This document shows positions 13,912-27,133 of a stretch of DNA of 64,000 nt, in pieces. Position 1 is the first letter of the stretch. Each line of letters starts with the position of its first letter. Under the pieces are notes generated by a model. It had not been told where the DNA came from. It was given only the letters and a program-made list of their open reading frames with translations, and searched no databases. Position numbers and translations under genes: made by a program. Source of the stretch: Balanoglossus misakiensis (lineage: Eukaryota; Animalia; Hemichordata); assembly GCA_040954595.2 (NCBI GenBank), contig CM082577.2:14205903-14269902 (forward strand), in the 5' to 3' direction.

Positions 13912-16153
13912 AGGAGGAGAATGATATCCTCTAAAGTGTCATACAAATATCATGAAATTAGACTATTGCACAGAGATTCAGAAGATATAAAATGTAAGGC
14001 AGAGCTTTGTTTTCTTTAACAATTATATCAATAAACAGCCATAATGGTAAAGTTCTGATTATTTGGATGGTGATAAGGCAGCATTTACAAACACCTCTGG
14101 AGGGGCGGGAGGGTTGAGAGGGCGGCTTCAAAAATATGACAGTCAGTACAGAGAGATCTGGGAAATATTGTGACTGCTAAGGAGGGACTTGAAAATTTAA
14201 TTAATGTCAAATGTCATGTGGCATGTTTACGACACTTACCTGGGACAATAGAGAATCACATTATTAAGTGCAATAGCAAATACGCACTCGGATTACCAAA
14301 TTTAAAGTATAAATTTTGTCAAGGAAAATTGCCCAAAAGTGAAATAGTGTTTGCATCCGTTTAAAATAAATCGATGAAATAAAGAAAACCTTTCCCGTAT
14401 TGATGGTTACAGAACATGTACGCCAGACATCCCGAGAGTGAAAGTTACACCAAGTCCCGGATGAAAAGAGATAATGCATTTGATACAATTGTAATCATAT
14501 TTAGCGGGAATCTCATGAGCGCAATCAGTCCAAATGCGTTCAGCCGGGTATATAACTATGTACATCAAGGGAACGCGTAGGCCCATGTAGACTGTAACCG
14601 AAACCATGAGCTCAGTCCCAACTTCGAAACTCGCCTCACTACCAGAAACACGCTCAAGGCAAGCATGTACACAAAAGGTATTGAGATTATTTATATAGAC
14701 AAACAATCACACAAAAAGTATTGAGATTCCAAAAATCACCGAGCGACTAGTGGGCTATCTAGGTAGAAAGTACAGAGCACTTTGGGTCTGTGTTAAAATT
14801 GTCTCGCTTATTTTACGTCTTCCATGCCTCGAGGTTAGCGCAAAATAATGACATCGAATTAAGCAACCGGGACAGCTTTTGGTAAACAGATAGACGTGTA
14901 AGGACCAGTTTCTTGGGCTCCACGGAAAAGTTCACCGGACCCGGAAATATACATATGGGCCTGACTGATATTTATTAAAGCCTTTGCGGGGCGACCTTCG
15001 CAAACAAAAGGTACTTTTTAAAAAGGCGTTGTTAATTTTAACTCACAACGCAATTAACATGGGTTTGCTCACACTACCATATCGTAATTATCGTCTTGTT
15101 GGTGTATGTACCGAAAACTTGTGACGAATTTTACAACCAATACATTTGTGGTATTTACCACGGACACGGACCCCAGCGACCCCTCGTCTCCGGCCAGATA
15201 ATTAAGTCCACATGTAGAAAACCACAACATGCAACGCGCCGTCGGACGGTACTATTTATTACAGGATCCTTCTTGTAAGCTATCGCTTGTGGAGAGTCTT
15301 ACTAGCTTTCCACGTATTCAGATGTGTTCAATAGAAACACGCGTCTATGCTGGATCTTGAAAGTTAGTATACTGTACATTTAGATAAACTGGCACACATG
15401 TTTTACCTTTATGACCCCCGATCTCACTAGTACGTAAATTAAGTATATATGTTCAGCAAGGAGTAGAGATCTAGTGCATCGCAGCATTCGTTAAATGGGA
15501 ACCAATTGCATCGAAGAGGCTTTCTCATAAGATCCAGTTACACAGACGTGTATGTCCGCTATATCCGGCTAGGTCGTTTTGGGGTGAACTTGTGAATGGG
15601 TTGCAGTTGTTTATACATGTTCTACTTGAAAGAGTGTACCGTGCTAGTTGTCACGATTCGTTAAGGAGAGAACCATTCGATTTCTGGGAATTTTTTTTGG
15701 CAGTGGTGCGGAGAAAACAAAATTTCCTTCTGTAATGCCTCGGCCCTGAGAAAAAAGTAGGACTGCATGGCAAAACAAAAATGCTGTAACAGTGGCTGGA
15801 AAACAATTGCTGACATATCCTCTATCCCCCAAGACAACAAATTGTCCCCCCCCCCCTTATATGATCGATTCGCCAACCCGGGGAAAATGCAGCCAAAGGT
15901 GTTTTGCTTTACAAAGAAATGCTGTTTATTCATAATATTGCAACGCTGTAGTGTCAACCAACACACGACTTGAATTGAACATTCATTTGACAATCTCCGT
16001 GCATGTTCAAAATAAACCAAGAAATACCCCGTAAGAGCGTTGTCGCTGTAATCCAACCTTCAAATTAATGTTTCTATTTCTTAACTGTAAACGGTTCTAT
16101 TCTGTATCGTTTCCATAGGCCTAAATTGCAATTGTTTTTGCATGATTACAGTG

Positions 16154-17980
16154 TCATTCTTTTGTTATTACGATATCTTCCTCTGGTCCGCAAAATTGCA
16201 ATTTACCATCAACTGTGCGGCTACACAGACCTTTAAAATATGACAAGATTTCACGGGCGACCTCTTCTGGTGTATTCTTCCTGAAGTCAGACACCTGCAG
16301 TATGAAATTTAGAATTTCATTCTCATCTTTGAAGTCTTCCTTGAAGCACTCGTCAACTTCTATTCGCAGCTGTCTTGTCGCCGCAGTTTGCAAGTTTACA
16401 TCAGACATACGGCGCTGAAGTATCTCTCGCGGAGCCTTGGCGCCGGGACAGGGCGCCGGTAAACCGAGAAGTTTCGGCACCTCCCGCTGTACGTCCTCCT
16501 AGGCTCCCAGGGTCCTGTGGGTTAGAAGTGATCAAGATTGAGTTACGATGCAGCACTCCAGACTGCGGCTTCTCAAATAAGTATGCCGATTAGACCAGAG
16601 CTGCGGAAGAGAGGTGATGAGGCAACCCTGTGAAGGCCGATATGCAAAAAAGGGGTCATGCTAGTAAGTCAGTTCTAATGGGAGCGGCCGGCAATTTTCG
16701 CAAATTTGGAGAACCCCAACTACACCGACGACGGATAGTTTGCTTTTGCGGGACTTTCGCACGCCACTTCCGGGCGTTTAGGGCGTCACCAGAACCAGCA
16801 CAAAACGTAGCAGTAATTAACGGTCAAGCGTTCGGCCTGTGTATGTTCGCAGAGTCCTGTTTGTATATACAAACTGTTACCATGCAAACTGACTCCCCTG
16901 CTGTTTGTATTTTGCGTTTGTACTGGTGGAAATACCAAGTTTATTTATCACTTTGTTGTGTACTGAATCTGATTAAAGAAACCTGCTGGTATGTATAATA
17001 CACGGTGGCAGTTTCTACACGTACCCATACACCTATTCATAGTACTCAATGACAAAATAGATGCAAAATAGCTCGAATATCGTGTTTTAAAGGTATCAAA
17101 ATAGACAATTTTATCTTATTTGCATATTACAAGAGACAAAAATCAAGAGCATTTTACAAAACTATAATACGTAGAGCCCTGAGGCATTGTTAACGCTGTG
17201 AGATATTAGTTCAAATTTTGGTCAATCGTGAAACTTTGTGGATTATTTCCATCAACCACTAGGAATTGTTTACTCTGACTCTGTATTTACTTCTATATAA
17301 AGGGGAGATCCTTTGAGTTGACGGTTAAACACATAACTATATCATGGACAGGCTTTCTGTGTTTTCCACGATGGAAGCGGCAATCGATCAATTTTTTCCT
17401 TAAAATTCACTTTTGCATCACAGTGACACATTTACAATTCTGTTCGACAAATGACGCTATTAAAATCCCGAATAAATTCAAGACAATATCAAAGTAAATC
17501 ATAGAAGGCAATCGGCTGTGGGTCGGGGTATCGTCTGTTCATGTATGTCTTGGGGAAAAAACTAAGGTCACGAATACGGTCTATAGAACACGCTCGTTAT
17601 GTTGATAGAAATGCAACGATCTACGTGAGTTTTAGAGTACTTACCAGATGATATCATGATTAAAGGTATCCCTCCTTTATTGAGATGGTCGTATAGGTCT
17701 GCGATAATCTGTCCTGGGTCGGGGAAAAAGTAGCCGCAATGGATCGCGTGAATAATGTCGAATTTCAGGGATCCGTTGGCGTGGACAGACTCGGCAAGGT
17801 AAGCTTCGACGGCTTCCGGGTGAAAACGAAAGGTAATATTCTTCCATTCTCCCCTGCCCTGCTCTGTCGAGGCCATCAGCTGGAACTTCTGAAGAACACT
17901 CCGAGAAGGTTCAACGACGATGTAATTGACGACATTATCTCTTCTCGCGAGAGCGTCAAGAATTGGGATGTCTTTAATGC
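16154..17980 (-). pseudogene. Histamine N-methyltransferase-like class I SAM methyltransferase, last two exons (first exon not found; likely frameshift)
   Basis: Exon 17980-17645 reads GIKDIPILDALARRDNVVNYIVVEPS...KFDIIHAIHCGYFFPDPGQIIADLYDHLNKGGIPLIMISSG. Exon ~16514-16154 reads ...IEVDECFKED...EILNFILQVSDFRKNTPEEV..EIL...DGKLQF...EEDIVITKE*. Both match HNMT-family motifs. Exon phases do not join without a frameshift near 16450-16500. Confidence 0.7.
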
Positions 17981-19172
17981 CTGTTGGGTAGTGATGCGGA
18001 AAGTGAAAGTTCAGTAGAGTTTGGAGGAAAGCTGAACCTATTTGAGCATAGTAGTTTTAACCGTTTAGTGAATGGTTGACCTATAGGGAGGATCTTACAA
18101 GCTGATATGCCAGCCATGTGCTCTACGGCACTGTACGCCATCTATTCCCTTCTATCAGAGAATACTGTGAAAAGCAAGGTATAGCAATTGTTGAGGATGA
18201 GTGTCATTTTTTGCTAGTTTGTCCATTGAGGAGGAGAGGACAAGTATAAAGAACAGAATAAACTAAAGTCCCCCACTATGAAACGACAAGCGTAGAAGTG
18301 GATGAAGACGGCGGATACTGGAAGATACAGCTCAAAACGAAGGATGGCAATACTGCTAATGAAATGTTCGATTTCGCCATGGTCTGTTCTGGTACAACTC
18401 CCAAAGCATTTAAGCCTGCTTATAAAGGTCAAGAAAACTTCAATAATGATCCATGACAATGAATACAGGAATGCAAGCAAATTCTAGGGGAAGAAGGTTG
18501 TAGTTGTTGGTAAATATTATTTATTGATATGTGACCGGGGGTTGACTTACCTACTTACCTGTGACAGGGGAGTTGACTTACTTACTTACTTACCTACATA
18601 CGTTGAGGGCGTTATACACCTGTGTCAGGGGGTTGACTTCACAGGGGCGACAAACGTTATGCGCATGTGCCACAGGAAGTAAACAGTTACATAGACTTAT
18701 GCTGGAGACGTAACTTTTTTTCAAAAGGGATGAAAAATACCGAAAAGGGATGGACAAAATGACACATAAAGCTCGTGTGAACCATGATCTAAAACATACC
18801 TCATGTCCACATCAATCTAACCCTGGCCTAATAAGATATCGCGACTTGAATTTGGTGGCGCGTAATCTGAGCATGCACCCCGTACGTGACAACGTCATGT
18901 CAGTGTTGTGTCAGTTTGAAATAAACATTTCAAAGTTATGCGGATACTGTGATTTCGACTTAGGCTAATAAAACTTCAGCTACGTCATGTTGATAGCTGT
19001 TTAACAATCGTGTGATTTTCACGAAAAGTATGATGTGTACTACCGCCTTAGTTGAGAAATAAACAATAATCCGTTCTCATGAGCAACAGCAGACGATGTA
19101 AACATTTGGCGCGAACGTTTCCAAAAGTGGACCAGTCGTTACCATGGTAGTCTAGTTGTAAACACTGCCAAG

Positions 19173-22100
19173 ATGTGCGACAACGACTGTGTCTTAGCTG
19201 GTAAAACCAGGTCACAAAACAAATGTAGTGGGAAGTTATATGCTATAACGGATGCGATAAGAAGATGTTGCAAAGGGTTAGTGAATGACGGCGATGTTTT
19301 TAGTTTTATTTGTAAATATCATTTTCGTCGTGTGACAAGAGACGACAGTCGCCGTTGCTCTTGTCCGGCACCATGGTCACACAGTCAGACGATCAGCGAC
19401 CGCCCGATCCCGTCAAGGCTGTACAAGGTTTTTGATGAAGTAGGCGAGTCCGACAGAAGTTACATGCCTGGAACACGATGGTGTCATAGGTGCAAGTTAC
19501 GAGCCGACTCAGAGTTTTTCCCCGGCTTCCAAGCTTACGTTCCTCCCAGCCAAAGTAAATCCGTTGACCTCAGAGACAGATCCCCCTTGGTAAGTTTCAA
19601 GCATCTATATCTTCTGATTACATGTTTTCAATGTAGAAACGCACACTGGGATCGTGGGAGGTTCACTTCGGGTTCAATGACACAATATGTACGTACGAAA
19701 GTCGTATTATGAAACAAAACAAACGTAAGAAAGGGAAGTCCCTGACACTTCAATAATTGAGGGCGCAAACGCTGGGGGGGGGGGGGTTCTTGAGAGAATG
19801 AAAATGATAATGTCTTGTTGTTTTTTCATTATATTTATCAGGTTCTACACAAGGAATATCTGTGTTTTGTGAAAAAGTAATTGATACATTGATGTGATTG
19901 TCCTATTTCTTCAACTCAACACTTGTACATGTATTTTCTATCATACAGTACCCAATCCAATTTGACCAGAAAGAGACACAGTATTGTGGTACAGTTCTTT
20001 CAAGTAGTGAGGGTCACGTATTGTTGTCAAGTAGTCAATGGAGAAGCATTATTTCGAAACTAGAAGGTTAGTATTTGATTTTAACACAGTTACAGAGAGT
20101 TAATAAGATTTTGTGCTATTTATCTAACGAATAAGGCCAGTTTTGATATCATTACCACCAGATGCAAGACATACAAAGAGGTAAATCAAATCTGCACCCT
20201 TTCAATATAACATTGTTTGGTCTGAGACTGTGCAGTTACTAAAATATGACTTCATTAGGTGTAAGACTTTTCACATGCAATGTAAGGCAACTAAATAAAA
20301 TGTGAACAGTGTCTAGCAGCAAGTAGGTTATTTGGTAATTCTGATAATAATTGTGGGTTATAATTTTCCTCAAAATTCCCAGCATCAACTTTTCCCACTC
20401 AACTGAGGACCCTACAGGAAATGGTGTATAGGGCACAACAGAATGGTGTTTCTTTTGATCTGAAGAAGTTGGAGTTCTTTGTAAAGAAACATGTACCGGA
20501 TCTGTATAGTTTGATCTATACAGCACTAGTTGACCCAGCAACATCGACACAAAGAAAAAAACAACAAGAGATGAGAGTACTGGCCACCTTAAATTTACTC
20601 ACATTTTACAGGTGAATAATTTTGTTTCTTTTGGTAGCTTATTTACATTGTTGTGTTCACTGAAACACACCCAATGGTCAGTTGTTTAAAACTACTTGAG
20701 TGTACCAAAATCTCAACCTATTTCTTTTCAATCATAAAATTAGATCACAGAAGACAAGCCAGTTCCAAGAGGCCATGGGATTTTATTTAACCATGCAAGG
20801 GTTGTCACAGGAAGCCCTGGATATGTGTCGGGTGTTGGGTCTCTCACAGCACTCAAGAACCTTGGGGAGGAAGAAACAAGTAATTTCCAAAGAACACAGG
20901 AGAAATGTGCAGACATTCATTAAGAAGAAGTTACAAGTAGGTTTTTTATATTAAAAGGAAATTTTGCACTTTTTCAGAGATTTAATTTGCACTTTTTCAG
21001 TGATTTAATTTAGTGAAATATACATGTATTTATAAATGAGTTTCATTTTTGAGTTTACCCAAAAGCCAGAAAGAAAAGTTCAACACCCATTTAAGTGAAA
21101 ATCAATGTTTTTTATTCCTTGAAGTTTAATGTAAAAATCCATCTCTTTATAATAATTTATGTAGTAAGGTTAGTTGTAAATAGAAAACATACCTGTGTGT
21201 GAGTCTATCTAAAACACATTGGTTATGGAGACCAGGCTACATGATTGCTATCCTAGCTTTTACAAGATGATGCTCTTTTTGTACAATGTCATTCATGTTC
21301 CAATTTATTGTATAGTCAATCTATGACAGTCATAGGGGTGTTATGCATGATGTCCTATAATTACAAAGTCGTACACCTTTTACCTTTGACTCTTTTTATT
21401 TTGATTCCAAGGAAAGAGGAAAGACATTCATCCTGGCATTAATCGACGACTTCCATAACATACATGGGTTTAAATCGATGGCTTCTGGCCATAAGGACCT
21501 CAAAACCAGTAAGGCAGTACACATGGCGACTACAATGTTGGATATTCTTCCAATTGAGCCACTCAATCTGCCAGATGATGGATCTATGCACAGGTAAGGG
21601 TAAAACATATTAATGATTACCTTATGACAGTCTTTGCAAAAATAATATACTGTATACATGTTTTACAGTTTTCTGAACAATACAAAAAGTATAATAAAAC
21701 AACTGTACTATTTGCGTCATACGTATACTATATACATGTATACATGTGGACATGACAAAAATGTTCTTTTTACTTTGCATCCAGGACCATATTCATATAC
21801 GACAAAAATGGCAAACAAATTCCAGTACGAGGAGGGATAGCACCCCATGTAATGAGGAGAGAATTTAAATACTTTATGAAAGATTATTCCATGAGCTTTT
21901 TGGAATCTTTACCATCTACCTTTCATAAGCTTAACACTCAACATGCTATCTCATCATTGAAGAATATGAGGTAAGGTCCCACCGTTGTCCGATGCCACCA
22001 AACATTTGTGTGTTCGTTCGGTCAGTCAATCAATCAGTCAGTTACAGGAAATACAACAGTACTGTAATAAAATTAAAGTCTTTTATGATGTTACATTGTT

Positions 22101-24855
22101 TATCATGAATGTTTCCCCACTAAATAAAGAATGTAAAGTTATACTTACCAAATAAACCACATGTACTACATATTTTATCACCTTTGTATTTCTGATGTAA
22201 ATCACACCCAGTGAATCTGAAAAAGAAATTAGAGAATGTAACTGTCTGTTGCAGTGAATGAATATAATTGTTGATGTAATTTCTTTGCTCTAGCATTTAC
22301 AACCTTTGCTCAATTCTCTTTTGTTTTTAATTTTAAGGCCATATACTGACATTGATGCAGAAGAATTGCACACCCTTGACACAACCATTCTGATTGATGA
22401 GATTGAACAGCAACTAAAGAATAAAGATGACCTGTACAACCTGTGGACCATGCTTCTCAATTTGCCACAACTGAAGACATACACTTCACAGCATGCTATT
22501 TTGGCACCAGGTGATTGGCCAGTGTGGTACTTTGGGAAAAAAATCATCGCCTCTTACAATGAAAATGACACAGTTGTCCCAAGAGAAGTTCTTTCTTTCA
22601 TACCTACTGTTGGTCAATTTCATATTGCTTTAAATGCATCCCGTGATATTGTTATCTGTTCAAAGTTTTTTTTCCAGTTACTGTGCAATGGAGTCTTTGA
22701 TAAGCGTTTTATATTAGCTGCCTTGCCTAAACCCTACAAGGTCTCACTCTGTATTTTTCTAGCATTCAGTGGTTGGGTTCGCATCCGTCGTTATGTAATT
22801 GGAAAACTGACTGTCTGTAAATCTGTTGAAGTGCAATTCTTGCTTTTTCTTCTTGATGAATTAATCCCGCTTGTTTATTTACATTACCCTGTTTTTGTTC
22901 AAGGTAATGACAGAAAGATGTTACTGAATGTCATGAAACGCCTGGAAATCTACTTCATCATAGCCAACAGACATCACTACAACAAATCTTTGCTGAGTTT
23001 GCTTTCTGATGACCTATACCACACATCACACTTACCCGGTTACACAAATCTGACACAACACCACCAACATATCATCACTGAGAAGAAAGTGGAGCTCTTT
23101 CACTCATCACTTCGACACCACATACAACCACATGATGATGGCAACACAATACAAAGACAAGCACACATGCTACACTATACAAAGCACAACATTCTAATTC
23201 AAGAATTCTTACAACTGCACAACCATGGCAAAGACGACTATGACCTGACACTGTTAGCTGGCAGAAGTGCTGAGACACTACTTGACATTGTCAATCAGGT
23301 TATGAAATCTGCAGCTGAACACCGACCCACACCAATTAACAATGGAACATATCACCTCCCAACATTCAATGCAGACATCACATCAAAATGCCTACCGCTG
23401 GGTTTCAGGTGGTCTCACCAACACCGACCAAATGAAGACCTCCTGTGTGACAGTCCAACCTGTTCAACCTCTTCTTCTTCCAATCTTTGCAAACGTCTCA
23501 CCTGTGGCCACACATATCACATTACCTGCCTCAGTCAAACTGGCTGTTCTATTTGTTCCCCTTTCCTAACAGCTGAAGTTGTTCGCCTGTCTAACAGCTG
23601 GAATGAGGGCATTGTGAAGGAAATGCCACAACGGCCTCCACAAGAGTCCACGGAGACAGAGCACAGTGATGGCTTTACGTCCACTTCACACACACATGGG
23701 AAAGAGTACTACCTAACAACACAATTTGAAGATGACATCAAATCTCGTGCAGCTTTAATACCACAAGTTAGAACTGGTCAATACCAAAACCACCAACACA
23801 GGGAGATGAGTACACACACTACATGCACCTCCAATGCTGGTTTCTCCAATGTTTCTTCTTCAACACAACTTCCTCAGCTATCTGTTCTTTCCCCCACTGA
23901 ATCACAACAAGCACAGACACCCAACTCAAACACCAATAATGTTCAACAAACACAAACACCATCACTGCCAGCACAAACATCTTCTCCCTCATCAAATGAT
24001 GATACACATTTACAACAATCACAGACATCCAACCTATCGACCAGCGGCGGAGAAACACAACAATCACAGACATCAGCACCTCCAGAACCCACAGCCACAT
24101 GCAGTCACTCCACTTTTACTCACAAACAGACACAAATACAAGAAAACACAAACAAACAACTTCATAAATATTCTCACTTACGACATTTGGTTTGGTTGAA
24201 ACCAAAACCACAAATGCACGGCACCATTAATTACTGGCTATGTCACTACATCATTTCACAAGGAACAATACACTCCAATAATGTACGTTCAGGCAGCAAT
24301 GCTTGCACCTTGATTTGTCTACTGTTTGCGCAATGGTTTTACCAAAGATGTCCTACAAATATGCTAACTACATCGACAGTGTTACCTCAAGAATGGTTGG
24401 CTGGATTCATTATGTCGTGCGTTCGTGGAAATGATGTACATGATGTATACCGATTAAATGCAATTCACAACTCATTGAACCTTTCACCATCAGAGGCAAT
24501 TAAAGTGCTAGGAAACAAATTAAATTTACAATTTCAGTCAAATGAAATTGGACCGGTTTATACTTGTCACAGGTCAGAACCGAGGCGAGGGTTATTAGAG
24601 TTTTATTTTGGTTATTGTTTAACCAAAAGACAAAGTGCATTAATATATGTTAGAAATGAAATGTCGGTGTTATTTATAGTGAACCAGGGCAACATTCTGC
24701 TTGTAGATTCGCATAGTCACAGAAATAGTCAGAGTGGTGCTTTGTTTGCCCAAGTTAAATATTCCAATGCAGTTGATTTGTTGAGATGGTACGACAACTT
24801 TATTGGCATTGATGCAGAGTATCATATCGGTACCGTAACACTAATAGGATTTTAA
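19173..24855 (+). CDS. About 1280-aa transposase: N-terminal Cys/His Zn-fingers, Academ-like DDE core, RING-H2-like finger, S/T/Q linker, C-terminal peptidase C76 (herpes USP)-like domain
   Basis: Seven GT-AG exons with matching phases: 19173-19589, 19949-20066, 20383-20611, 20744-20936, 21412-21593, 21785-21970, 22338-24855 (3843 nt, no internal stop). Motifs: LALIDDFHNIH, APGDWP, FIPTVGQFHIALN, RHHYNK, KVELFHSSLR, C-x4-C-x13-CGH-x2-H-x2-C-x5-C-x2-C, and QG...GSNAC...LLVDSH. Confidence 0.82.
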
Positions 24856-25489
24856 TTTTGCAACTGATAACAGATATAGAAATATGTAAATACCTGTAAC
24901 TTATAACTTATGATCATATTTATTACCAAATCTTGACAAAGTCAATAATAACAGTTTCTATCTTGTAAGTACTGAATTAGATACTTCAGAGCAAATGTAT
25001 AGTTGAGAAGATATCTGCAATTAAATACGAGGGGGAAAATCAATTATATTTAAGCTTACCTTCATCAATTCAAGTTGAGAGTTGACCATCCATAGTTGTC
25101 ATAGTGACCTTGTCTCTGTTGTTTCTGTAAATAAATAATGGGCAGTGTACATTAAGGAATACATAGCAAATGTTTTGCATTGCTTTGTTTATGTAAATAT
25201 GTAATTTTGGATATTGATGTTTTCAGAGAAGTGGTCGATTTAATCTACATGTATGTACATAATATAGATGGGAAATGATCATATGTTTTTATAATAAATA
25301 TTTTCGTTATTTATACATTGGATTTTCTCTTTGATAACATCTCTCATACCAATACAATCACAATTAAACATAGCACAACAACCACCAGACTCACCTCGTT
25401 TATGTTTTCCGTAGTACCGGTAGACGGAATCGATATTCTAATTTATTGGAACATGGTGGAAGCATCTATAGGTGGTGCCATATTGGTAT

Positions 25490-25551
25490 AGGTCGCACCG
25501 TAGTTGACAGAGCTCAGAAAATTCTAAGTGCTGTCAACTACGGTGCGACCT
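25490..25551. other. Perfect 21-bp inverted repeat (20-nt loop) in the right subterminal region of the transposon
   Basis: AGGTCGCACCGTAGTTGACAG (25490-25510) pairs with CTGTCAACTACGGTGCGACCT (25531-25551). Confidence 0.9.
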
Positions 25552-27133
25552 GTGATATTGGCGCAACTAACAGAACGCCAAGACTCTATCGGCCATGAAT
25601 TTACCAAGTTTCATCTCAAGGGCTACGGCCGATCCGCGAAATGCGATCCGCAGCTATGTTTTGAAACCAAAGATAAACATGCAAAACACTGTGGGTAAAC
25701 ACTTTCCCGCGGCTACACCGTTTCTACTACAGAGTTTACCGAGTGACAGTTTGTCCAATCATATTATCAAAAGACGTAAGAAATAACAATAATAATATAT
25801 CTGCATTGGCGTTACCAGATTGCAGCCGAAACAACTTATAGAAGGTAAAACTTGGCCAGACTCCTGGCTAGACGCGTATCAGCTGGTTGAAAACACTCGC
25901 CCACATTGTACTTCCGGTAGCGCATGCGCAGAACGTTTGTCGCCCCTGTGGGTTGACTTACATATTTGCCTGCACACGTTGATGGCGCTATACACACATA
26001 TATATAGGCACGCACTTCCATACTAGGTCATTCATTATCTGAGCCGTGCTCGTTTCATTTTGTTACCTGTATGTGTAGGTGAGTATACCTTTTACAATCC
26101 ACTTTAGATATGAGCCATCCAAATATTTGACTACCTGGTATTGCTTTAGTTGATATTTATAGTTGTAGTGGGGGAATTTTGTTTATTCTTGTTTAGTTAT
26201 TTATACTTGTTTTGGGCATTTTTAAAAATTTTGTGATGTGTGCTCCATGACCGATTCAACTTAACTCATGTAACAGATGCATTATCTGACCCGTGCTCGT
26301 TTCATTTTGTTACCTGTATGTGTAGGCCTACCTGTGCTCTGTACTATGTGTAATGTATGAATTATACGGCCGAAATATAAGATGAACCAGGCGAAGTGAC
26401 AACCACAATTTCCCGAGCATGGTGTATTTCTTTGCTGACCCTTTATTGGCAAGCTTCACAGATATATTTGATTTTTTGATGATCTGAAAGGTTTTTGTGT
26501 CAGTTCACGAGTTTTCTGTCAGTTTGCCTTAATCCATTCCTCCGCCATTCTTCAATACTTGACTTCAAGTTCTTCTCTGAAACTGCTCATTAAAATACTT
26601 GGAAATTTGATACACATGTTTTCATTTGCATATTTGTATTTTGTTGCCAATTTTTTGTCATTTTTTGGTAAACTTCTACATTTGGTACTCGGGATCTTTA
26701 TATATCAGCTAACGCTATATGTGCGTGTGTTTCTTGTACGCCATCATTCTTATTTATATTTACACAATTTATATTTTACCCACAGTTACCCTTTCCAGCT
26801 ATTGTAGAAGAAGCAGCTGAATTTCTCGGTGTGAAACCGTTATTTCTCAGATCTACTTCAGTCAGATCCCGTACTTGCGACACTGTTCTTGGATGGCCCT
26901 ATGGTCCCTTACTGGTTTCGTCTGCAGAGACCAGGCGCTTGGTCTGGGGCCAGGGATCGTATTGTGAATGCCATGCCAAACACGTTCTCTTCCTTGAAAG
27001 GCTATCCTTTCACAAAAGGAAAGCATTCACAGATTTTTTGAGTTATAGAACCTTGCATGTTCAGTTTGATCACATGCATAACAATATACTGATAAAAGCA
27101 TATTTTTGCAACTTACTAAATAACAAGCATATT

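Larger units (their letters stand above)
18640..25950 (+). mobile_element. Autonomous-looking DNA transposon, 7311 bp, 42-bp TIRs (CACAGGGGCGACAAACGTT...), 9-bp TSD GGTTGACTT; Academ-like transposase
   Basis: Left TIR 18640-18681 and right TIR 25909-25950 match at 38/42, with the first 19 bp identical. GGTTGACTT lies at 18631-18639 and 25951-25959. The element encloses an intact spliced ORF. Confidence 0.93.
18284..27041 (+). pseudogene. FMO pseudogene (copy 0): degenerate exon 2 and last exon, split by the 7.3-kb transposon
   Basis: 18284-18509 reads YWKIQLKTKDG...FDFAMVCSG...YKGQENF, then a frameshift, IHDNEYRNASKF*GKKVVVVG. 26786-27041 reads [18 protein letters not shown], then a frameshift, DPVLA...[26 protein letters not shown]. 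Confidence 0.85.

Noticed and set aside
17943-17952. Second TCTCGCGAGA motif
   Set aside because: It lies inside a coding exon of the HNMT-like gene and is probably coincidental.
18640-18681. RAG/Transib identity suggested by the CACAG end and the RING finger
   Set aside because: The TSD is 9 bp rather than 5 bp, there is no RSS nonamer, the RING is C-terminal to the core, and RAG1-core motifs are not recognisable.
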